From positions 99,944,001 through 100,008,000 of the forward strand of contig NC_043000.1 in the NCBI RefSeq assembly GCF_006345805.1: 64,000 bases of DNA. Direction: 5' to 3'. The position numbers and the translations under genes are program-made. How positions within the stretch are numbered: position 1 is the stretch's first letter; each line of letters opens with the position of its first letter. Below the pieces are notes generated by a model. The model saw only the letters and a list, made by a program, of their open reading frames with translations. It did no database searches and was not told the DNA's origin. This stretch comes from Octopus sinensis (lineage: Eukaryota). Positions 53,206 to 64,000 of the stretch are shown piece after piece.

Positions 53206-54715
53206 TTGTCCACGATAATTTCAGCCCCTCCTGTCAGTGTTTTTACCGGGTGCAAAAACAGAAAGAACGAAGATAAAGGGGTATTTGAATCACTCAGTAT
53301 ATCAACACTCATACTTCGGCAAGCCACACAAGAACCACAATATGAAACCAGCTGTTCATGCAGGGATAAAAATTTGTGCCCGCTAAATGGAGCTTGCATG
53401 TCCGAAACCATCATTTATGAAGCCACCGTGGACTCTATATCCACCAAGGACACGGTTTCGACAAAGAAATACGTGGGCCTTACAGAGGGTAATTTCAAAG
53501 CCAGGTTCAATAATCACACCTCGAGCTTCAGGTACTGGGATAAAAGGAAAAGGACCAAATTATCCAGTCATATATGGTCTTTAAAAGATAAAGGTGCCAG
53601 TTACAACATCCATTGGAAGATCTTAGCCAAGTGTAAGCTCTACACCAACGGCAGTGGAAAGTGCAGCCTTTGTGATATGGAAAGATGGCTCATCTGAAAA
53701 GCAGCTTAGACCCCGCCACATATCTAAATTCAAGAATTGAACTTTTCGGATCATGTCCATATGTGGCTAAATATTTGTTACGTTTTTGGTCCCTCCAAGA
53801 TTACAGATATTGTGTCCACATGCAAGCTTTTTATCTCTCTATACTTTTTACTTATATTTCTTATATATTTTTAATATATTTTTTACATATTTATAGAGAT
53901 ATTGGTTTATAGTTTTATTGCTCATATATTTTTTTACACATAATTTTTCTGTACCCTACCTTCCACCCTGCATTTTTCCTGTTCGTATATAGACGTATAT
54001 ATGGAATGTTTTGTACGCGCATGTGTATGTGTGCGTGCGTGCGGGTATGTGCGTATATATACGTGTGTGTGTGCGTGCATGCGAGTATGTGTGTATATAG
54101 ACGTGTTTTACTCTTATTGCTTATTTTTTATACGTTTTTTTACACATTTTTCTGTATTTTGCCTTCAGCCCTGTTTTTTCTTGTGCATTTGCGTATATAG
54201 ACGTGTGTATGAAACTTTTTTGTGCGTGTGTGTGTGTGTGGAAGCGTATATGCGGGTATGTATATATTTTTTGGCGAATGTGTGGGTGAGCATGTGTGTG
54301 TTTTAAGTGAGGGTGGATGAGTATATACATACAGGCGCATGTATGTTGGTGAGCGGGCGCGCATGTGTATGTATGGACATGCACGCTTACGCGATTACTA
54401 TGGACATTTTTACTCCCTTACCTTTACTCCCTCCACTTACTTAGCGATCATTCAGAAAGCTCTTTTGTCTTAATAAACGGTCAATCACACAGTACTTTCC
54501 GTTTGTTTCAACGGTCATATTCATAGCATCTTTTTCGATGGCCCGATAACTGAAGAGATGCCGGCGTGGGTTTCTGCCTCGACATCTGAAACTCGGAGTT
54601 TTATCATGGCTACCGAATAATTTTCACATATTATATTTACAGATAAATTCCTCTATTTACATAATATCAAGGTCTCTTTCATTCTTTTGCTGTCTTGCCA
54701 TTTCTATCAATGTAT
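53206..54715 (+). mobile_element. Penelope-like element 3' part: GIY-YIG endonuclease plus 3' repeat
   Basis: CSC..CPLNGAC..IIYEATV..YVGLTEGNFKARFNNH..LSSHIWSLKD..IHWKIL..CSLC..ERW, frameshift, then LNSRIELFGSC; tail 54645-54712 shared in reverse with 14290-14355. Confidence 0.9.
54545..54605 (+). ncRNA. Type I hammerhead ribozyme in the PLE 3' repeat
   Basis: gauaa-CUGAAGA-GAUG...CAUC-u-GAAA-CUC(g)GAG-UU-uuauc; all three stems pair; same strand as, and downstream of, the GIY-YIG ORF. Confidence 0.8.
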
Positions 54716-55996
54716 ATATATATATATATATATGCAAAATTTAGCGGAATGACCACTAAAATGGACATCCTATATGCTAAACATAGACGTCAAATCGTCA
54801 TTACCACGAAGAATGTGTTCTCAAGAAAAATATCTCAGCAAAAAATCAAAATGTAAAAATAAGCAAGACAAATGAAAGTATACGAAATAAAAAACGATTA
54901 CCTACATACCATGGTTTCACTTGTTAATATTTACGTATATGAACACGCAAAGATCATCATCATATATATACATACATATATGTGTCACTTTATTTTTACC
55001 CACGAACGCTTGATAACCGGTTTTGGTTTGTTTACGTCCATGTAACATAGCGGTTTGTCAAAAGATATGATAGAATAAATAGCAGACTTAAAACTAACTA
55101 CTGCAGTGGATTTATTCGACTAAACCCTACAAGGCGGTGCTCTGCCATTGCTGCAATCCAAAAATTGCACCAAGTAAACGATAATAGAAGAAATTGAAGT
55201 ACCAATCGAGATTGTGGAAGGGCAGAACTGCAATAGGATGGATCGGATGCCTTGTGGTATTCATTGCTTGATTTCTGATTCCAAATCCTGTCATGGCTTA
55301 CTTAATGCATCACCCAGTTTAACTCCACCACTTGGGGCCTTGGGTGGCTTTTGTAGAATCTACACTGACGCAAGTATTCAGGTCAGATCACCTTTTCGAG
55401 GCTATATGCACACAGTGTTGTCTAAGAATAATGCTACTGATAAACTTCTTCATTGCTATTTTGAACTTTCATATCTTTTAAAATCCTCCTCTTTCTCATC
55501 GCTTTTAGTTTCCCTCTTTCACTCCATTCCACATACCCTCACTCTCCGTATATCAATAATTTTCTCATTCCGATTATTTCCCTTCCAAGTATGCCTAACA
55601 ACTGGTTCACTACAATTAAATGTCATTCTGCACTGTGTCTAAGATCATAAAGGCCTAAAACAAAGGCAAACGTCCTCGGTTTTTGAAGAAGGACCGTCTC
55701 AGAAACGTCAGTGACACTTCTCCCATCAACAAACAACATTATTGAAATTTATATTTTACCACTAAATACAATTTTCGTGGACATAGACACCATTTGTCTC
55801 TTTCGATTATGGTTTCTATTTTTCCGATTTTGTATGTATGTGTTTGTGTGTGTATACATAAATACATAGAAGTATATGTATGTAAGTATATATATATATG
55901 AAACTTTTTATGCATAGAGACAGGAAAATCAATACGATTTAAAATTTATATATTCATGTACATAAAAGACTAGGTATAAACAGTCATAAATATATA

Positions 55997-56078
<82 letters not shown>

Positions 56079-56383
56079 CATATATACATATATACATATA
56101 CATATATACATATACATACATAGACACACACACATATATATATATATACATATATATATATATCTATATATATATATATATACATATGTATATGTATGGC
56201 CAAACACCTCGATTGTATGGGTGTGGATGTCTCTTTTCGCATGAATAATATTCCGTTAGAAACGAAACACCTAAAATTGATTCCACTCGTAAAATCATTT
56301 TAAGATAAAAAAAAGTAAAACGCATTGAATCCTATCCTTTTTGGCCATTTGTTTTATTCTCTCTCTCCCTCCCTCTCCCCCCC

Positions 56384-56418
<35 letters not shown>

Positions 56419-56701
56419 CACTTATATATATGTATATATATACAAACTTTGCCTATACACACATACGTGTGTGTGCGTGTATCTATACATATGTATACAT
56501 AAGTATACACATGTAAGTATATATCTATGTATATATACATGTCTATGTATGCATATGTATGTATATATATGTATGCATATATGTAAAACGGTGTGTATAA
56601 ATATATGTAATTATATATATGTGTGTATATACCACACACACATATATATATATATATATATGCGCATGTGATTGTATACACGCACGCACATATATAATAT
56701 C

Positions 56702-56734
<33 letters not shown>

Positions 56735-56893
56735 TATATTAGCACGTACCTGTTATGTATATATGCTTCGCGCACACATCTAAGTGTATATACATATACA
56801 ATACTACATAAATACATACATATACATACATATATACGTACACATATATATATGTACATATATACACATATATACATGCATATATATATAGAT

Positions 56894-56954
<61 letters not shown>

Positions 56955-57814
56955 TATATATATATATGTGTGTGTATGTATATAGACGCACACATCTATC
57001 TATATATCTATCTATATATATATGCTTTGCACACAGGTAATTATATATATATACATACATAAATACACACACACACACACACACACATATCGTTACAGAA
57101 ATACAGCCTCTAATATTTCATCTAAAATTTTCCCTATAATCCCGCTAATTATTTCGCCAACAGAATTTTGCAGCAAAATGCTTCTCAAACGCAGATTTAT
57201 GCGTGATTTGCGCACATCGGAAACAATTTCTCTTAAAGATTGCTTAAACGATGCATTTATTTCCATGAAAGTAAGATATTCTACACTACTGAATCCTTGT
57301 TCTTCAAATATATGAAGGCTTTTAATATTCCACTTAGATAATCTAGTTTTTTTATACTTTTCATTAAATACATTAGCTCATGCCTCGCGTGTTTTTGCAA
57401 TTTTTTTTTCATATCTACGTTACTAAAATACGGAATAGAATATCCAATATTTTTGAATACTAGCTTTCAATTCAGCGGCATTAAAATTGATTAAATTTAT
57501 AATAGTAATTTTGGGAGTAAATCTGTGTCTGTGTGTACCTGAACAAGACTGCACGTGTCTGCATGTGTTATACTTATTTGAGTATGTGTTTTTATCCATA
57601 AGACTAGAATGTAATTTTTTTCCTTAAGACTTTCTTTCATTTTACGAAAAGAAAGAACAAAGGGTATTCATAATACCAACAGAGAGTTTTCTTTTAGTTT
57701 ATATATTCAAATTCTTTCATCTTCAAGTTAACCCATAAAGGTATGTAGACATTTTGCTAAATGGAGTTGGCGTAAGGAGATAGAATTACACCATATAAAT
57801 ATATATATATAATA

Positions 57815-57846
<32 letters not shown>

Positions 57847-57929
57847 TGTGTGTGTGTGTGTGTGTATGTGTGTGTGAGTGTGTGTGTGTGTGTATATCTA
57901 TATATATCGATATATATATAAAAGACCAA

Positions 57930-58320
57930 AGTGTACGTACGCCGCTATATTTTATATATAAAAATGCAAAAAAGGACATGAGCGCAAAACATTCAGACAC
58001 ACGATACAAGGAAAACAAGTACGGGTCATTCGGAGTTTTCTATCCTCAGTCGAGTTCCAGACTATCTTTGAAATTTTGGCTGGTTATACTCGAGATTGCT
58101 CCAATCTGGCCAGCCCCAAGGGGAAAATAAGCTAAGAGCATTAGATTCCTTCGAAGAAAGCAGCGAATGTATCCGAAAACAAGGACGGAAAAAAGAAACA
58201 GAGAAATGTCACACAAATACAAATGCAGTTGACAGGACACAGGTGTCATTCGACTAAGGACAAATTAAATTTAGCTGGTGTTAAGTAAAGCTTTACGGCA
58301 GGGACATAAGGTTTAAAAGC
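57930..58320 (-). mobile_element. Second copy of the 51770-52175 repeat
   Basis: Reverse-complement similarity over ~390 bp. Confidence 0.8.
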
Positions 58321-58451
58321 CACAGAGAAGAATATAGATTTTGCGCGGATGGTATAAGTCCATATATACATACATGCATACATACATACATACATACATA
58401 CATACATACATACATACATACATACACACACACACATATATATATATATAT

Positions 58452-58536
<85 letters not shown>

Positions 58537-58694
58537 CATATACTTTGGTTATGGTGGATGAGTTCAGCAAAAATTTTGATTCAGATGAATATGGTTCTTA
58601 AGTTGAGGCACCAGAATTTAGTACGGTATTATCCATACAATTTCAAAGTAAGGTGATTAAAATCAAAATAAGCAACAAGGATATCCAGAGGTGA

Positions 58695-58781
58695 TGCAGT
58701 ACGATCGTTTCATGCAACTCCATTTAATTGAACAATGCAATTATTACATCAATTTAAAATGCAGAGCAATCTTTAGTTACA
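58695..58781 (-). ncRNA. Degenerate long-stem-II hammerhead motif
   Basis: uguaa-CUAAAGA-...-GAAA-CGAUCG-UA-cugca; palindromic stem III, G5 mutated. Confidence 0.45.
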
Positions 58782-58921
58782 CAAAGACATGGAATTTAAT
58801 TAAATTAGAACAGATGGACACATTAGTATAATTATAGCTAAAATCTCCTAGAAGTTAAGGAGATTTCCTTAACTTCTTGGTGATTTTAGGTATATATATA
58901 TGTATATATGTATATGTATGT

Positions 58922-59007
<86 letters not shown>

Positions 59008-59057
59008 ATATGTTATTTTGGTATACCGCACAGCTATATGCTTACAGTAAATACGGC

Positions 59058-59154
<97 letters not shown>

Positions 59155-59157
59155 ATG

Positions 59158-59197
<40 letters not shown>

Positions 59198-59699
59198 GTG
59201 TGTGTGTGCGTACGTGCGTATGTGTGTGTATCTTTCACTTGTTTCAATCATTTGATTGCGACCATATGGGGCATAAGAAATTTCGCGGATGACTCTAAGT
59301 TTCTGAAGGTCGTCGAGAAGGCCTAATCTCCAGTCGGAAACGCTCGCTGTTATCCGATGGGTGGAAAAACATAATATGCTGCTAAGCGAGAATAAATTTG
59401 AATTAATTTACTTCGTTTAACAGGCTGCACTTGAGCTACCACACGCTCTTCCTTCAGGCGAAAACCTTGTAGCATCAAACACAACTATGGAGCTCGGTGT
59501 AACTCATAACGACATTTAAGGTGGAATGTCAACACGAATATCAAAGTCAACGTAGCCCGCAGGGAGTTCTAGATTCGTAGGTCTTTTCTACTATTCTTCT
59601 TCTCTTCTCAACCTTCGCTCGCCTCACCTTGAATGTTGTTGTCTGCTGTCGTTTTCCAACACGATACAAAATATTATAAAAATTGAAGCACTCCAAAGA

Positions 59700-60200
59700 T
59701 CAATCACAAAAAAAAACATGACAAGTCTTGATTATTAGAATCGGCGCACGAAGCTCAAGCTTTATTCCCTCATGTGTACTATACCGTTTGTGTACTATAC
59801 CGTTTGTGTACTATACCGTACATGTGTACTATACCGTTTGTATGGAATGTGTACTATACCGTTTGTATGGCATGTGTACTATACCGTTTGTATGGAAAAT
59901 ATTCCAGCAGCATTGCCAAACTGATGTTGGCATCAACTTTAAAATTCACACAAGGCTTGTTCCCAGTGCCATCCGTCCTCTTCAAAAGTCATATTCGCGA
60001 CACACCATAACACTAAAACTGACTATTTCAATTCAACTAGCCCTGCTCTCTTTAACACCATGCCAAGACACACTAGAAAACAAAATATTATAAAATTCAA
60101 ACGGTTCCCGGAAGAATATTTCCAACAGCATACAGATAAACCACTTACATCCGGATATATCACTGCAAGCAATAACTCTTTACTCGAATGTGTCCACATG
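59700..60200 (+). mobile_element. CR1/L2-group LINE 3' end remnant
   Basis: WKIFQQHC..VGINFKIHTRL..., FKRFPEEYFQQHTDKPLTSGYITASNNSLLE resemble CR1-type ORF2 C-termini. Confidence 0.6.
59773..59896. repeat. Minisatellite, 6 copies of gtgtactataccgt core (16-25-bp spacing)
   Basis: Direct sequence. Confidence 0.9.
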
Positions 60201-60340
60201 TGTCCAAAGAATGGCTGTAATATGAAACATTATTGTCTTTTCCAGGTAGTACTGTTAAGTTAATCAAGACCTGGGCCATTTCTGTTCGAAACTTATCCAA
60301 GTGTCTAAGTGTATGTACGTACGTACATACATGCATGCAT

Positions 60341-60385
<45 letters not shown>

Positions 60386-61429
60386 CGTATGTGCGTGTGT
60401 GAGTACGTGTGTGTTTGTGTACGTGTGTGTGAGTATGTATGTCTATATACTTTCACATCCATGTCTGTATCAACACACACACATACACACACATATATGT
60501 TTACATATAATCATATAAAGACGCTTATATATACGCACATCCATTCATCCATCCATCCATCCATACATACATACATACATACATACATACATACATGCAT
60601 GCATGCATGCATGCATACATACATACATACATACATACATACATACATAAATACATACATGCATGCATACATACATGCATGCATACATACATACATACAT
60701 GCAAACATACATACATACATACATGCATACATACATACATACATACATACATACATACATACATACATACATGCATACATACATATGAATTCGACATCAT
60801 TTTATTTAATGCGGAGATAATGGATGCTAAGTGCTCAGAATGTAAAAGGCTACACAATATACCAACACACTGTAATCGAAGTGCTTATTTTGAATTTGTT
60901 TTTAAACAAATAGAAACACGCTGCCTAAAAGATACCCATTACCAAACAATGCCCTTCTACCATATTATTTTCTCTACACTCTAATCGATTTTTGTGAAGA
61001 TAAGTGAATATGTAATGATTGAATTTTCCAAAAAATTTGATGTATGAAGCTATGGCAGCTGTCAGAATAATTTATCAAGCGACAACTAGTTAATATCAAC
61101 GTAATGAAATCAAAATAGTTTCTTGCCAAAATATATAAATAAATAATAAATAATAAATAAATAAAAATGAAAAGAAAAAAATAAACAAAATTTTTTAAAA
61201 TGCATTTCTTGATTTTAACTTGTTTGGCAACTGATTTATTTGATTTCATTGTGTGTCGAGACAAATAAATTGACATCCCGGTTGAGTCCTTGCCGTATCA
61301 ATTTAAAAAGAAACATTTACTGCTGTAATCATATTTATTTTATTATTTTGGAAACAGAACAATAACAAAAGTAATGGTTTCAAATTTTGGCAAAGGGTCA
61401 GCAGTTTTCAAGGAGAACGGGAAGTTGAT

Positions 61430-61587
61430 AACATTGGCCACAGTACTCAACTGGTACTTGTATCATCGACCCTGAAAGAGCAAAGTCGACCTTAGCGGAA
61501 TTTGAGCTCAGAACGTAATAAAGACGGACGAAATACCGCCAAGCATTTTGTCCCGCGTGCTAACGATTTTGCTAGCTCGCCACCTTC
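61430..61587 (-). mobile_element. SINE copy (family of 9118)
   Basis: ctggtacttg...tcgaccctgaaag...caaagtcgac...gaatttgagctc...agctcgccacc. Confidence 0.8.
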
Positions 61588-63234
61588 ACAATGACAAGAA
61601 TAATAATATTTTGAAGGAAACGAGTTAGTAGATGAAATTGGCTCTAGTACTTGATTGATATTTTATTTTATCGACCTTGGTGGGATCACTGGAATATCTA
61701 CAGCACCTCAGATACATGATTTTGTCTATTAGCTGTTGGTTTGACCATCGAAAAACGGTGAATCTCAGTGAATCGTCTTCATTATTATTCGGAGGAAGAG
61801 CATCATCGTTGTTTTTGAGAAGGGTGTTCTTCCCCACTTGCTTTAGTTGCTTTCTGTAGCTGTTCACTTTTAATTTTTGTTTTATTTGTGACTTCAGTTT
61901 CATTCTTTTTTTTTTATTTGTGACTTCACTGTTTTCGTTTTGTATTTACTTGACAGTTTGCTATATTTTCTCTTCAACCATTAATTATCTCTCTCTGATT
62001 GCACGACAAAGAAATAATGCTATCGTTAAGAGATAGATTGTTTACTCACTTGTTTCCTGACTGAGAATGAAGTGATTTCCTCCATTCTTGGAACTGCAAT
62101 TGATGCATCTCTGGGAACTGGAGCTTTTTGCCCATTGGACCTGGAATACATGGAAAGAAAACGAAGAACGAAAGCAGCAACAATAACTGAAGAGATTCTC
62201 ACGACTGTAGCAACTAGGTCTTTTGGTCTTCTACATGAGTCTGTTGCCATTTTTCTCGAAGTCCTCAGCTGTTCACAGACACGGTTTGGCCTTATGAGTT
62301 TCAAAGATTACAGAACCATACTGGAATTGTGCCCATTGATAGGGCTCGAGTAAAGGGGATGTCGTTAATTATACAGGGCAGCAAGCTTAGTTGTTACATT
62401 TTTCAGAGTAAAACATATCTTAGAGCGGAAGGTCCAGAAAAGCTGAAAAGGTCAAACAAAAACAAAAAAAATAAGATAAAATAAAAAGAAAACGAAAATA
62501 ATGAAAATCGACGGCAATATCATAAAAGGAAAAAAAATCCTACAAAATCCAATTTCCAGATTACCACCAGCCCAAACTCTGGAGATAGCATGCAAAATAT
62601 CTCTGTATCAGAAACGAACGATTAAATACTTCCTCTTTTGACGATACTACCACACCTTCATCATGCAATCAGGAGACAATAACTATTACTCATGAAAATT
62701 CTCAAAAGGAAGAAAACGACCACAGAAAAAGACCCAACATAAACAACAGAAGTAGGTAATGCGCAATCATTTTTATCCAAAGTCAATGAAATACCCCCTT
62801 AGGACACTAACGAAGAAACTGACGATGACGAAGATTAAGATCTCCTGTTCTTTGAAAATCAAACGAATAGTTAATCAACAAAATGATGCATTTGTAGGAC
62901 CGCGGACTCGCTGAAGGAGTTATAAGGACATAAAACCAATTAGATTAAAAGTATAAACAACATGCAAAATAGATATTATTAGTAAAGAAGTTGGAGCTTT
63001 CAACACCAAGTTTAAAAAAAACAACAACAAAAACAAACAAAGACATATTCACTGGTGTATTTGGCTGCACATAAACAAAGGTTAAGTTTTAGTAAAGTGA
63101 ACAGGATCATGAAGTGCACAAACTCAACCAAACCAGTAATCATGCGCGTTTTATTTCCTTTCATTATACTTTGCTTTGATTATTGCTTTTAATGTACTTT
63201 ACTATTTATTTCAGAGCAAATATATGTATAAGTC

Positions 63235-63266
<32 letters not shown>

Positions 63267-63479
63267 ATATTATATATATATATATATGTATGTCTATTTG
63301 TATGCATGTGTGTCTACATATGTGTGTATATATGTATACATGTATGTGCATGTATATGAGTCTGCGTGTTCGCGCTTTTCCTTATGCACACATATGCGGA
63401 CTTTAAATTAATAATCCTTCAGCATATTGTAAAGCGTTTCTCAAAGGACTGAAGACAAGCACTTTTTCTCTTCGGCCTA

Positions 63480-63891
63480 TCCTTCATCAACTTTATAAAA
63501 TTTCACTTGGAAAGGAAGATGAGGGTGGAGAGAGAAGTGATGCCCACCCACCCGTAATACATTTGCCGAAAGGTGGGTGAATGTAGCGAAAATGGCCTGT
63601 GTGAGTGGATCTGCTCTAAAAATGCGCTTGTAGGCTGGTGAATTTGAAGAGAGAGGTACCCTTCCCGAGTACTCTCGAAGCACCGGATAGTTCAGTATTG
63701 GTGGGGTACCTGAACCAACCCTGGGTGGTTATCCCCACCTATTGGGGAATTTTCACCTTTATATTTTTCTTGTTTAATGTGTATTGTTATTGTTTTCCTA
63801 ATTATTTACTCGTTGTTTTGTGTAAATCCCTCACTGTCCCCTTCTACTGCATGTCGGCTATGGTGACCAATAAATGAAGTTATTATTATTA

Positions 63892-63973
<82 letters not shown>
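63480..63973 (+). mobile_element. Probable L1/Tx1-like LINE 3' end with AATAAA and (TTA)n tail
   Basis: FINFIKFHLERKMRVERE...FAERWVNVAKMACVSGSAL* then a 3' UTR-like stretch, aataaa near 63868, (TTA)n 63880-63973. Confidence 0.45.
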
Positions 63974-63974
<1 letters not shown>

Positions 63975-64000
63975 GAGCAAACCTATACATCGAATATAAT

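Noticed and set aside
53695-53697. In-frame UGA as selenocysteine in the PLE endonuclease
   Set aside because: The protein continues in a different frame (LKSSLDP...LNSR), so the TGA results from a frameshift and is not at a Cys position
55678-55716. Additional hammerhead candidates (also ~3310, ~2620, ~59285, ~63430)
   Set aside because: Partial UGAAGA/GAAAC matches, but stems or the cleavage triplet are missing; too degraded to call
60233-60984. Long His/Thr/Tyr/Ile or Cys/Val/Met ORFs here and throughout
   Set aside because: Pure (CA)n/(TACA)n/(TA)n translations

Overview
AT-rich, microsatellite-saturated animal DNA, most likely intronic or intergenic sequence from an octopus (inferred from the abundant tRNA-derived SINE families and (TA)n/(CA)n/(TACA)n/(TAGA)n density). 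I recognise no intact host gene; almost all long ORFs in the track are microsatellite translations. The window is a transposon graveyard: three Penelope-like (PLE) remnants, R4/Dong-like, HERO-like, CR1-like and Tx1-like LINE remnants, a Gypsy pol remnant, mariner/pogo/hAT DNA transposon remnants and MITEs, non-autonomous Helitrons and many SINEs. The most interesting signal is about 13 minimal type I hammerhead-ribozyme (HHR) motifs, roughly half of them degenerate, in diverse short PLE-type elements. They include natural G3-C8 and U3-A8 core covariants, long stem II variants, and one element with a tRNA-like head upstream of the HHR. Also notable are two head-to-tail Helitron composites that each carry a different tandem array, and a GIY-YIG endonuclease split by about 1 kb of low-complexity sequence. 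All folds and alignments were done by eye and element boundaries are approximate.
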